DNA from: an uncultured delta proteobacterium | GTDB lineage: Bacteria > Desulfobacterota > Desulfobacteria > Desulfobacterales > QNYZ01 | Length of the DNA stretch: 64,000 nucleotides | Assembly: GCA_963845145.1 (NCBI GenBank) | Contig: CAWJQU010000004.1 | Location: 256,001-320,000 of the forward strand | Direction of reading: 5' to 3' | Part shown: positions 52,454-62,241 of the stretch, piece by piece | Layout of the letters: every line of letters starts with the position of its first letter | How positions within the stretch are numbered: position 1 is the stretch's first letter | Translations under genes and position numbers: made by a program | The notes under the pieces: model-generated | Databases searched by the model: none | What the model was told of the DNA's origin: nothing | Seen by the model: the letters and a program-made list of their open reading frames with translations, nothing else

Positions 52454-54292
52454 TTAACAATCAATATAGTCTTCAAACTGATTACACATCTCCTCACTGG
52501 ACGAATCATTTGAGGCCAGGACCTTCTCTCCATCCACTATTTTAATGGTTGCATTGAGCGGGTTAACTACTGGTCGTTCTCTAACTTTCATCTTCTCTAT
52601 TTGTAGTTGCTCTTTTTCCCAAGCCTCTTTGGCCGAAAGATTACAGGCGTCGGCCAGATATTTTGCATTGAATCCTTCCCCGGTAAGGTTTCGTATGGTT
52701 GCATCGTGACTCAAGCTGTTTCCAGGGTTCCAGTAATGTTTGGCCAACAAGGGCCCGATGTCGGGATTATCGGTTAGGTAACCAAAGTGGTTCATAAAAA
52801 AAGACCGGGTTTGATACACCGCCATGTGTGCCAGTAAGTACCCCTGGTAGGAGCAGGCGGAATCGTTTGAAAGCAAATGGGGAATCGCAAGCAACGGCCT
52901 GGGGCTGACTTTAAGCCCGAGGATTTTATTTTCCATCTCCCTGGCCAGCCGTGTTAACCGTTCGGCCGTTAGTTGATTTTCGGTAAGTGAATAGATTGCC
53001 CGCTCAAAATGGGGGACCACGAGAAGACTTCTCTCCGAATAGGCCATAAAGGGCTGCCTGTTTTCAATCAGTGCTTTTATGATGGCATCGGGTACCGGGT
53101 TTCCCTGACGGTCTTTGGCATAGCATTTCAACCAGTCGGCATCGCCCAGCAGACTATCAAAGAACATGGATTGGGTTTCGGCCAAGGCCATGGAACTGGG
53201 TGCAAATTCCTGGGAAAAGCAGGGCGCATTCATGGTAATATTGGCAAAATGAGCGGCATGTCCGCCTTCATGAAAGAGCGTATTGATGCCGCTATAGCCG
53301 CTCCCCACCTGGTCTGGTTTGGCATTGCTGGTAAAGTTTACTTTTGCCGGGACCCACGCACCGTTATCGAAAAAAGAAGGCACCGGACCATGACAAAATC
53401 CGTTCTGATACTTTCCCTTACGATCTAATAAATCCAGGGTCAGCTCCGCACCCCGGTAATCTATTCTCATTCGCCCAAAGGATTGCACCCACCGGCGCAG
53501 CGACTTTGAAAACGGCACATATGGGTCAAGCGCTCGCAGGGAATCACCGCCCCAGGTGAAATTAAAATTATAACCGGTTGCGGACTGATCGCCATGCTCT
53601 TTAACCAGGGAATCGATGCTGTTTAAATTCTTCTCTCTGGTTCTTTGCTCAAAATCGTTGAGAATGTCAAACAGGGCATCGGTTGTCATCTGTTCTGTCT
53701 TCTCAACCGAATAATCAAAGAAGTTTTCATATCCCAGAGTTCGGGCAAATCGGTTGCGTTTTTTAATCAGATCAATAAATCCGTTTTCAAGTACCCACTG
53801 CTCCAGGTCCAGCAATGCCTGATGCGAGCTTTTGCGAACCTGTTCATGATCGTTTGCACGGATACTGGCAGATAAAACAGTCAAAGATCCTTCAGTCCTA
53901 TTCCCCATTTCATCCAGATACGTCATGCGATACTTTTTGCGTTTCTCAAATAAATCCGCTTCAAGTTTTATAAGTGCTGCTTTTTGTTTCTGTGCCTCTT
54001 CAGACTCAATCACATTGGCTTCGAAAAAGGCCAGCCAACCTTTCAGGCCGGTCACAATTTCAGACTTTCGGGCGAAGTCCGGTTTCGATTTCAGTGCTTT
54101 CAACTGGCCGCGGACTTCAGGCAGTCGGTTGGGATCGGAAATAAACGCCGTCCACTGGGTTTCAGCCCGCGCAAATCCCTCCTGATCATCACTTGTCCCC
54201 ATGTAGGTCGTCCAGAAAAGATCTTCTTTTTTTCGATGTACAGCCAGATAATCCAGGTTGAGAGTGTCAAAATATTCTGTAGGTGTGGTCAT
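52454..54292 (-). CDS. M3-family oligopeptidase
   Basis: DLLDRKGKY, TLFHEGGHAAH, downstream AETQS. Confidence 0.85.
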   Translation of the reverse strand: MTTPTEYFDTLNLDYLAVHRKKEDLFWTTYMGTSDDQEGFARAETQWTAFISDPNRLPEVRGQLKALKSKPDFARKSEIVTGLKGWLAFFEANVIESEEAQKQKAALIKLEADLFEKRKKYRMTYLDEMGNRTEGSLTVLSASIRANDHEQVRKSSHQALLDLEQWVLENGFIDLIKKRNRFARTLGYENFFDYSVEKTEQMTTDALFDILNDFEQRTREKNLNSIDSLVKEHGDQSATGYNFNFTWGGDSLRALDPYVPFSKSLRRWVQSFGRMRIDYRGAELTLDLLDRKGKYQNGFCHGPVPSFFDNGAWVPAKVNFTSNAKPDQVGSGYSGINTLFHEGGHAAHFANITMNAPCFSQEFAPSSMALAETQSMFFDSLLGDADWLKCYAKDRQGNPVPDAIIKALIENRQPFMAYSERSLLVVPHFERAIYSLTENQLTAERLTRLAREMENKILGLKVSPRPLLAIPHLLSNDSACSYQGYLLAHMAVYQTRSFFMNHFGYLTDNPDIGPLLAKHYWNPGNSLSHDATIRNLTGEGFNAKYLADACNLSAKEAWEKEQLQIEKMKVRERPVVNPLNATIKIVDGEKVLASNDSSSEEMCNQFEDYIDC

Positions 54293-54504
54293 ATCGCATC
54301 CTATTTCTTTAAATAGATAGTCCTTAGTTTAGTATAGGCGAGCCAGCCTTTGCCAAAGGCTATGGTGCGGCAGGAAAACATCTGCAAGCGTTTATGTGTT
54401 AAGTTAATAACTTAACATGATTTTTTACCCGAAGGCAAGTCGTAGATTTCGTACGATATTATTCATTTCAAAACAATCGGTTTTTCTTTAATTGAACGTC
54501 AGTT

Positions 54505-55431
54505 TTATGAGCGAAAAACAATCAGTGCGCTATACTTTTCAAGGGTTTGACGGTTTAGCCGGTGGAAAAAAGCGTAGATTTGATTGTGCAGGACACTGGT
54601 ATCGGGAATGACAAAGTGATTTTTCTCGATTCCGATTTCGTCCAAAAAGAAAATAAACGCTTCAAGGGGGCCATCTTGATGTTCTCCCAGCACCTGGACG
54701 TTTAACATCTGATCTTTTAGTGGGGGAGGGGCTTGGCCACGAAGGTTTTCAAAAAACCAATTGGGTTCATTCGTGCAATGGAAAGCCCCGATTAGAATGA
54801 TGTGCCGCATCCCCGGTTCAAAATGGTTCCAGAAATTACCGGCAATGACGTTTTCGCGTGAACCTGATTTGCCGCGAATTTTTTCTTGTTGTTCGCCGGT
54901 TTCTTCAATTCCGTAAATCTTAATGTCCGGGGTTTTGGTCTCAAAAGCATGTAAAACATTTAGGATATCGGCATTGAGTAAAGGGAAATACGCTCTACTC
55001 GCGTTTTTTCGTTTAAAAATGCGTTTTAACGCTTTAGGGGTAGCCTCCAGCATCAGGGTATTGATATTGAATTTGGAAAAGAATTCATCGGAAAGAAATT
55101 GTCGGGTCGATTCTTCATGGAACTCACCCATGCACACGACCTGGTAATCTGACTGGCCAAGTTGTATTAACCACCCCTCCATGGAAACCAGATGCGTTTC
55201 CAAACTCTTTTTAATCGCATGCTTTTAGGGTGGGGAGAGCCGGTTAAACTGCTGTATCGCTTCGACCGCCTGTCCATGATAAAAAGGGTGCTGGATGCGC
55301 TCTGTATTCGGCGGTTCGTTAGGTGGGCCTGGATATTCTTTTCTATACCAGTCATAAGCGGTGAGGAAAACCAGGATAACGATATATCCGCCGATGACGG
55401 TCAAAATAACCCGGGCCAATGGTGAGTCCAT
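54505..55431 (-). pseudogene. Membrane-anchored hypothetical protein interrupted by in-frame TAA (55225-55227)
   Basis: Track ORFs 55225..55431 and 54505..55203 share a frame, separated by one TAA and 7 codons. Confidence 0.65.
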
Positions 55432-55504
55432 TTAGGGCACTCCGCTAACATGGATTCATTTCGTTATTCTTATTAACATGCAAAGCAATAAAAACAAAAC
55501 CGAA

Positions 55505-55574
55505 TATTACCTAAGTTGAGCGATTTTTTTCGAAGCTATGTGCCGAGATATTGAGATGAAAAGGTTTTCAAAAA
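55505..55574 (+). repeat. Left-half copy of the 20778 element
   Basis: 66 of 70 nt identical to 20775-20844. Confidence 0.85.
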
Positions 55575-55806
55575 GTAGGTGGAAAATTGCGCCTGCGCAA
55601 CATCTTCTGCGACTTGATTGTGCTTCAAACAGCCATCGAGATGGGTTCAATGCTAAAATATAAAGATCAGCCATTGCAGAGACCCCAGTGGATGGTAATT
55701 TTATTAAAAATGCAGGCAAACCATATATGGTTATTGAATCAACACGATTCCCTTTTTTCGTGTTAAGGTTAATGAATTTGGGTTGATATAAAATACGGAA
55801 AGGTAA

Positions 55807-56688
55807 ATGAAATATAAGGCATCCATATTCATACTTTTTTTCATCATGATGCCAGTGGCTGTGGCCTTCGCGCAAAACCAGGTATCTACCGTTGAGACGA
55901 TTGATGTTGATATCTGGCCGGACTATGACCGGCCATCCGTTTTGGTTTTATTGACCGGCAAACTTCCGGAAGATACGACACTTCCTGCATCGGTTACCCT
56001 TCCTTTACCTGAAACCGCACAGCTGAATGCGGTTGCCCGCATCGATTCAAAAGATGGCCACATGAAGGATGATATCTTGTCCAGCACCGATCCTCCGGGC
56101 ATGTTAACCTTCACCACGCCGGATCTACGCTTCAGGGTGGAATATTATTTCCCGTATGCGGTTAATGAAAAACAGCATTCTTTTGACTATACCTGGTTGG
56201 CACCGATCGGCGTTAAGGTTTTTCGGTTAAGCGTACAGCAGCCGTCATCGGCGGACGCCTTTACGGCAGAGCCCCCCATCGCAACGATCATGCGGGGTGA
56301 TGATGGATTCGAATACCATACGTTTCCCACCCAAGCGGTCGAGGCCTGGCAACCTGTTTCATTAAAGGTGGATTACAATATGACCGGCGCTCAATTATCG
56401 AAAAAAAGGGTGCCGCCCTCAAATACCAACACCCAACCGGCCGCTTCACCCCCCAACCCCAGCAATGGTTCCGGTATTAACTGGGCTTTGGTCGCTATGG
56501 TTATTGGGGGGCTTCTCATTTTCGGCGCCTTGATCCGGGAGTTTGTTTCCCGCCGCTCTTCGACCAACAGCCCCAAATCGGCGGAGTTACAGAGTCAAAA
56601 GCGATCGGATGCCAACTGTTGCCACAAGTGTGGTGAGTCCGTTGTTGAAAGTGACAAATATTGCAGTGGATGCGGTGATAAATTATGA
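55807..56688 (+). CDS. Exported single-TM protein with C-terminal zinc ribbon
   Basis: Signal peptide, WPDYDRP, Pro-rich linker, TM, CHKC...CSGC. Confidence 0.75.
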   Translation: MKYKASIFILFFIMMPVAVAFAQNQVSTVETIDVDIWPDYDRPSVLVLLTGKLPEDTTLPASVTLPLPETAQLNAVARIDSKDGHMKDDILSSTDPPGMLTFTTPDLRFRVEYYFPYAVNEKQHSFDYTWLAPIGVKVFRLSVQQPSSADAFTAEPPIATIMRGDDGFEYHTFPTQAVEAWQPVSLKVDYNMTGAQLSKKRVPPSNTNTQPAASPPNPSNGSGINWALVAMVIGGLLIFGALIREFVSRRSSTNSPKSAELQSQKRSDANCCHKCGESVVESDKYCSGCGDKL

Positions 56689-56818
56689 GGTATTATCTGG
56701 TTGACCGGAACCAGGGGATGTGAATAATCAATCGTTTTCCTCGATAGTATCCTGGTAAAGTAAATAATTTTACGTAGTCAAGAACGACCTCATTGCGATC
56801 AATACACTCAAGGATATC

Positions 56819-57838
56819 ATGACGAAGATTGTACGCACGGATTGTGAGATAGCGTGCCCGGTAATTGATGCTGAACTACATCGGGATGGTGTGGATCTGG
56901 TGTTGTTGCCGGACGGGGTATCGGAGGATGAATTGAGCGACGTGGCCCGTGATGCCGATTTGATTTTAATGTGTTACACCCCCATCACCGCACGTGTCAT
57001 CAGAAAAGCCCGCAAGTTGAAAGGCATCGTCAAATATGGTGTAGGTATTGATGCGATTGATATCCCGGCGGCGATCGAACGGCGTATCCCGGTTGTCAAT
57101 GTTCCGTCTTATGCGGAAGAAACCGTGGCCGAGGGTGCGTTCTGTTTGATGATCGCGCTGGCGAAAAAGCTCATCCCCATGGACCGGGCGATGCATGCAA
57201 AAAGCTGGTTGCAGCCCACGTCCAATTGGCTTGGTGTCGATATCGCTGGGAAAACGCTCGGTATTGTCGGGCTTGGCCGCATCGGCCGGAGTATGGCGCG
57301 CATGGCGGGGGCGGGGTTTCGTGCCCGTGTTCTGGCCTATAGCCCCGATCTCACTACCGGGGAAGCCGCCGCCCTTGGGGTGGAGAAAGTCGATGATCTC
57401 AAGGCCATGCTTAGCCGGTGTGATTTCGTATCGATTCATTGTGTTCTCAATGAGCAGACCAAGCATCTTATCGGAGAGGCTGAAATTCGAGCCATGAAGC
57501 CCTCGGCCTTTTTAATCAATGTGGCGCGCGGTGCCGTTGTCGATGAGGCGGCCTTGCTCCAGGCGCTGACCGAAAACCGGATCGCCGGGGCCGGACTGGA
57601 TGTTTACAGTCAGGAGCCGCTCACCCACAACGGGCACCCTGTGAGCGCGTTGTTCGAGCATCCCAACGTCATTCTGTTACCGCACCTGACGTTTTACACC
57701 CATGAGGCCATGGAACGTTTAGAGCAGGAAACCCTGGCGCGCTGCCGTGAAATCCTGAGTGGGAAACCGGTGCTGGTAACTTCTGATGACCCACGGCTGC
57801 GAGCGCAAACACACGGGGTGGTGTTTGACACACCTTAA
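56819..57838 (+). CDS. D-isomer-specific 2-hydroxyacid dehydrogenase
   Basis: GVGIDAID, GLGRIG, INVARG, LDVYSQEP, PH. Confidence 0.93.
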   Translation: MTKIVRTDCEIACPVIDAELHRDGVDLVLLPDGVSEDELSDVARDADLILMCYTPITARVIRKARKLKGIVKYGVGIDAIDIPAAIERRIPVVNVPSYAEETVAEGAFCLMIALAKKLIPMDRAMHAKSWLQPTSNWLGVDIAGKTLGIVGLGRIGRSMARMAGAGFRARVLAYSPDLTTGEAAALGVEKVDDLKAMLSRCDFVSIHCVLNEQTKHLIGEAEIRAMKPSAFLINVARGAVVDEAALLQALTENRIAGAGLDVYSQEPLTHNGHPVSALFEHPNVILLPHLTFYTHEAMERLEQETLARCREILSGKPVLVTSDDPRLRAQTHGVVFDTP

Positions 57839-58911
57839 GTTTCGGATCGAGCCAGTTTCTCTTTTTTGTGATGACGGGCGCCCAGCTGACCACAAGCGGC
57901 CATAATACCGGCTCCTTTGGAGGCCCGCTTACGTACAAAGACCCGTTCCCCGACGAGCCATTGTCGAAACTGTTCTACCTTCCCCGGTGATGCTGCCGTA
58001 AATGAGGCGTTGTTGATGGGGTTATAGGGAATCAAGTTGACCCGCACATTGGGAAATTGTCGGGTAAAGCGGGCCAGAGAGAGGGCGTGATTTTTGGAAT
58101 CGTTGACACCGTCAAAGAGCACATAGCCGAACATGAGCCCCTCTTTGGCTTTGTGAGGCACGGTTTTGAGTAAATGCCGCAGCTCATCCAACCGGTGGTG
58201 CAAGTTGATCGGCATCAGACGGCTTCGAAGCGGATCATCCACGGCATTTAAAGAGATGGAAAGCTTGAGCCCTTCGATGGGATTTTCCAGATATCGTTTT
58301 AATGGTGCTACAAGCCCCACCGTCGAGAGGGTTACCCGCTTCGGGCTGATATCAGCCCCCCGCTGGTCGGCCAGAACATGGATCGCCTGAATCACCGCGT
58401 CATAATTATCCATGGGTTCGCCCATGCCCATAAAGACCACATTGCGCACCGGGGCGTCAAAGTGCCATTTGGCGAGCAGCACCTGGCCCATAATCTCGTG
58501 GGTTGCAAGACTACGGGAAAATCCCATCCGCCCGGTTTCACAAAAACGGCACCCCATGCGGCACCCCACCTGGCTCGACACGCAGATGGTGGTATGGTTG
58601 AACATGGGCACCAAAACCGATTCGATAATGCCCCCATCGGCCAGCTTGGCGGTAAACTTGATCACGTCCCCATCGGACTGCGTTTCCACGATTTCGGGCA
58701 GCCTGCCGTCCAGATCAACATCCATTTGTCGGGCCAGGGCAGCCGATTTTTCAAATTCGGGTAGCGACGCACAGTCGATTTGGCCGCTTTTAAAGTAGTG
58801 ACGGTAGACCGCTGCCGCATGGAAAAGTCCCTTATTGTAACGGTGTGACAATGCTTTCGCCAAGTCTGCGGTGGTCATTCCGGCGATATGAATTTTAGCT
58901 GGTTTTTGCAC
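57835..58911 (-). CDS. rlmN: RlmN-family radical SAM RNA methyltransferase
   Basis: CVSSQVGCRMGCRFC, MGMGEP, SLNA, NLIPYN, AACGQL. Confidence 0.85.
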   Translation of the reverse strand: MQKPAKIHIAGMTTADLAKALSHRYNKGLFHAAAVYRHYFKSGQIDCASLPEFEKSAALARQMDVDLDGRLPEIVETQSDGDVIKFTAKLADGGIIESVLVPMFNHTTICVSSQVGCRMGCRFCETGRMGFSRSLATHEIMGQVLLAKWHFDAPVRNVVFMGMGEPMDNYDAVIQAIHVLADQRGADISPKRVTLSTVGLVAPLKRYLENPIEGLKLSISLNAVDDPLRSRLMPINLHHRLDELRHLLKTVPHKAKEGLMFGYVLFDGVNDSKNHALSLARFTRQFPNVRVNLIPYNPINNASFTAASPGKVEQFRQWLVGERVFVRKRASKGAGIMAACGQLGARHHKKEKLARSET

Positions 58912-58993
58912 ACAGGCTCCATAGGGTTTCTTATAAATCGCTATATTTTATCACTAAATGATTATAATCACCACCCTCACCGGATTATGAAAC

Positions 58994-59020
58994 AGGGCAA
59001 CCACAAGGGATTGCCCCTAC
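58994..59020 (-). repeat. GTAG-family REP element
   Basis: GTAG followed by hairpin GGGCAATC-CCTTGT-GGTTGCCC. Confidence 0.7.
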
Positions 59021-59207
59021 ATAAGTACACCCATTATGGGATGTTGGCGGTCCCGAAAAAGATGAAAAACATCCACGATTGGTTTTATCAAGCCCTTAGC
59101 CCGTGGACCCCTCAGCCCCCTGAATCCTTGGGTCAATTAACTATAATATTTGCTTATTTACCAGGGTTGTCTTACCTTTTAAGAAAATTTTTTATAGGTA
59201 AAGATGT

Positions 59208-60110
59208 ATGACCCCATCAGAGATAACCCAGATAAAGGTCGGTAAACATATTTGTGGCATTGTGGGCCTTAAAAGCACATTCGAAGAGATGGCCGGGGAC
59301 CCTGCGAATCTTCTTATGGGGGATCAGGTTGGTGATCAGGCAGAGGCTGCCCTTTCCAGGATACTTTTGGAGCGGTTGTCGCAAAAAAATTATATTCCTG
59401 AAAATGTCAGGGAAGAATACGGGTGGGCCTTTATTCGGGAATTCAGGAAATTTCTCGGCCATCCTGTTGAAGACGAAAGTGGCGAGGGGTTAGAAATCAA
59501 AGTTTTGGGCGCGGGTTGTGCGATTTGCGATGGTCTCGAAAACACCGTTATGGAAACACTGGCGACAATGGGTTTTGCGGCCGACTTAGAACATGTTCGG
59601 GATACTGAAAGAATTGCAGAATACAAGGTCAAAGGAACCCCCGCCCTGGTAATCAATGGTAGGGTTGTGTGCACGGGTAGAAACCCGTCGAAAAACGAAA
59701 TCAGGAAATGGCTAAAAGAGGCCGGTTACGATAAAATATCAGGAGGAAACATGGACGAACAAGTATTTATCAAAAACATTCCGTTTTCAGAACCGCAGAA
59801 TCTGGCAGAGATGGTAGAATACGGAGAAGGCCGGGTTGTTAGCCGGACCTTTGCCCAGAATCCCACGCTCAGCCTGACCCTTTTCGCGTTTGATGCGGGA
59901 GAAGGTGTGAGTACCCACACTGCCCCTGGAGACGCAATGGTGCAAGTGCTCGACGGGGAGGCGCTGGTCAATATTGACGGAAAAGAGATGACCGTTGGTA
60001 CCGGACAGGTCGTGGTGATGCCGGCCAATGTTCCCCATGCCGTGACTGCTGTCAAGCGGTTTAAAATGATTTTGACGGTTGTAAAAAAGCCGGTGACGAT
60101 TCAATCTTGA
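59208..60110 (+). CDS. Small redox-active thioredoxin-like protein fused in frame to a cupin
   Basis: IKVLGAGCAIC...TPALVING; internal AGGAGG-ATG at 59751 starts a cupin (FDAGEGVSTHTAPGDA...PANVPH). Confidence 0.8.
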   Translation: MTPSEITQIKVGKHICGIVGLKSTFEEMAGDPANLLMGDQVGDQAEAALSRILLERLSQKNYIPENVREEYGWAFIREFRKFLGHPVEDESGEGLEIKVLGAGCAICDGLENTVMETLATMGFAADLEHVRDTERIAEYKVKGTPALVINGRVVCTGRNPSKNEIRKWLKEAGYDKISGGNMDEQVFIKNIPFSEPQNLAEMVEYGEGRVVSRTFAQNPTLSLTLFAFDAGEGVSTHTAPGDAMVQVLDGEALVNIDGKEMTVGTGQVVVMPANVPHAVTAVKRFKMILTVVKKPVTIQS

Positions 60111-60229
60111 TGACTTTGTAATCCGTCTGTGGCGGACCGCGTTACGCTTCATCCCGTCGTGATTACGGTATACGAAGAGTACGCCTCATCACACGAGATT
60201 CGCGACGCCTTGAACTTGGCCTTTTTACT
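60110..60229 (+). repeat. Degenerate palindromic intergenic repeat
   Basis: ATGACTTTGTAA...GCGTTACGCTTCATCC...GTACGCCTCAT...GCCTTGAACTTGGCCTTTTTAC; related copy at 26478. Confidence 0.55.
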
Positions 60230-60553
60230 TTTATTGCATTTTGTTCGTTCCAAATCCATCGGTTTTTCTTTCGATATCGATCTTCTTGGTATCGAAAAAA
60301 GCCTTATGGTGTTACTAGGGCTTCCGAAGTTCGAAGCCTTCGGTCCTCAAACAAACATGCCCGCCAGATAGGATAGTCAACCCATATTTAATTTTTGTTT
60401 GATTGTAGTTGGCTAATAATATTATAACTCAATTCAAGGTTTGATACCTTTTTTTGACCAATGTTATAGGTTGGTAGGTGAAACCTTTCACCATGTATAG
60501 GTCATTTTTTGTTCCAATTGGGCATATTAACAAGACGTCTATTGAATATCAAT

Positions 60554-61140
60554 GTTCGACAGACGAAAATAATTGGAGAGTAGCAATGTCAAAAAAAATT
60601 ACGTCAAAATATTTACTCTTTTTATTATGCATTTATTTAGTTTTTCCCCTTTCATTATATGCTGCTGGGAAAAATATTGGGTTATCGAAAGGGCAGATTC
60701 TTTATGTGCCCGCCTATTCACATATATACAGTGGCAATAGAGAGAGACCTTTCCTGTTGACTGTAACATTGAGCATCAGAAATGTTGATCCTAAACATCA
60801 AATCAAAATTATCCTGGTCGACTATTACGAGACACAGGGTAAATTATTAAAAAAACATATAGATAAGCCAATAGCTTTAAATTCATTAGAATCCTTACGC
60901 TATGTCATACCAGAAAAAGACAAGAGTGGTGGATCAGGCGCGAATTTTATAATTGAATGGCGATCCGATAAATTTGTTAATCCACCAATTGTTGAATCAA
61001 TAATGATCGGTACGCAATCGACACAAGGGATCTCATTTACGTCTCGTGGTCAAGAAATATTTACCTCTGAATAATGATAGGTGTCGAACAAGGCTTTTGC
61101 AGCGGAGCGCAAAAAACCGCGACCGCTGAAAAGCAACGTT
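60554..61140 (+). mobile_element. Integron gene cassette, no intI in the window
   Basis: Begins G/TTCGAC (60554), one AT-rich ORF, ends in an attC whose R'' GTCGAAC is the exact complement. Confidence 0.75.
60586..61074 (+). CDS. DUF3124 exported protein (cassette ORF)
   Basis: GQILYVPAYSHIY, TLSIRN, DYYETQG, GGSGANFIIEW; GGAG RBS. Confidence 0.85.
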   Translation: MSKKITSKYLLFLLCIYLVFPLSLYAAGKNIGLSKGQILYVPAYSHIYSGNRERPFLLTVTLSIRNVDPKHQIKIILVDYYETQGKLLKKHIDKPIALNSLESLRYVIPEKDKSGGSGANFIIEWRSDKFVNPPIVESIMIGTQSTQGISFTSRGQEIFTSE

Positions 61141-61144
61141 ATCG
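61083..61144 (+). other. attC recombination site
   Basis: GTCGAAC-AAGG-CTTTT[G]CAGCGG...CCGCTGAAAAG-CAAC-GTTA; ~60 bp with one extrahelical base. Confidence 0.8.
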
Positions 61145-61262
61145 CGCCGTGCAAAGCTCGGCGTATCTTGCAGGGTGAAAATGCCTGTCGGGAGGCAATC
61201 AGTGATGGTTGCCGCGGTAAGGGTTAGCCACCCACCCGTATCGAGCCTTGGACCCATGTTGG
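61142..61262 (+). mobile_element. Truncated 5' end (domain I) of a group II intron
   Basis: CGCGCCG...CGGCG, CAGGGTGAAAATGCCTG, GTAAGGGTTAGCCACCCACCCGTATCGAG; no RT ORF or domain V seen. Confidence 0.55.
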
Positions 61263-61511
61263 AGTTGTAGGAAGGATGTGCCGCGAATTATTTGATAATC
61301 AAATTTTAAATTGAGTAGTAACTTTATCTGTTTATTTCTCCAAATCTCTATTCCGCCTCAATTATTTTCTGACTGAAATTTTACAGTTGTTGTACTACCT
61401 GAAGTGTCCACTAATGAATAACCAGGAGGCGGAATCGTCTCAGGAATCAAAATCAGGCGAATTTCTCGGTTTAAAATATCGGCTGAGTGCAGAGATCGGG
61501 TTGATCGTTTA

Positions 61512-62240
61512 TTATCTGGAAAGAAACCACTGCAAAGCCAAAATAAGACTCAGGTGAGCGGGGTAAAAAGCATAGAAAAAATACTTATGTTTTGACCTGC
61601 CAGGTGTAGGCTCCATGTATTTATACGCGACAGCTGCAAAAGCAATAGATAGCGCAAAGCAGGTTTCAAATAAGACCGTGTGGGCGTCACTGTAAAAAGC
61701 GGTGGGTAGTATGATCGCCATCACGGGATTATCCTGAAAGGGTATGGGGGGCCGAGCTGTCAGAAAAAGGGCTGGAAATACGACCAGGTATTTATTTTTG
61801 AGGGAAAGAAACAATAACAGCAGAACACCGGGCAGTCCATACTCTATAGAAAAAATATAGTGGTTAAACAGGGCAACCGTTATAGATAATATGACCAACC
61901 AACAGTACCTGTTATTGTAATACAAAAACATAGCCAGCAGCCCCAGCGATAAGGTGGCCATGATATTCAGGCGCTCCAAACCGAATGTAACATAGGCCAC
62001 CTGTGCTAAGAGCCCAAAAAACAACAATCTGGAAATGTACTTGGTTGGAAATCGGCCCTGGTAAAAGTGGGCATAGTTGTAAGCAATCAATATGGCAAAC
62101 AATGGAAAAGCCAATCTTCCCATGGCTCTACCCGGCTGGTATCCATTTAACAGATGTTCACTGACATGGTCGACAACCATCGAAATGATTGCCAGCCATT
62201 TTAAAAACGCCTGGCCCATGACCATATTGGTTAGACGCAT
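61512..62240 (-). CDS. TraX-family membrane protein (acetyltransferase-like)
   Basis: LKWLAIISMVVDH, GRLAFPLFA, LNIMATL, EYG, FYAFYPAHL. Confidence 0.85.
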   Translation of the reverse strand: MRLTNMVMGQAFLKWLAIISMVVDHVSEHLLNGYQPGRAMGRLAFPLFAILIAYNYAHFYQGRFPTKYISRLLFFGLLAQVAYVTFGLERLNIMATLSLGLLAMFLYYNNRYCWLVILSITVALFNHYIFSIEYGLPGVLLLLFLSLKNKYLVVFPALFLTARPPIPFQDNPVMAIILPTAFYSDAHTVLFETCFALSIAFAAVAYKYMEPTPGRSKHKYFFYAFYPAHLSLILALQWFLSR

Positions 62241-62241
62241 C

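Noticed and set aside
54343..54374. REP-like hairpin CCAGCCTTTGCCAAAGGCTATGG
   Set aside because: Single degenerate copy; cannot be told from a chance hairpin
55225..55227. Recoded stop codon
   Set aside because: It is TAA, which is not used for Sec or Pyl
57835..58911. Cfr resistance methyltransferase
   Set aside because: Motifs SSQVGC and MGMGEP are RlmN-type
60230..60400. intI remnant next to the cassette
   Set aside because: No tyrosine recombinase motifs recognised in the frames I read
61512..62240. Conjugative element implied by traX
   Set aside because: No other tra genes; it is coupled to hslO
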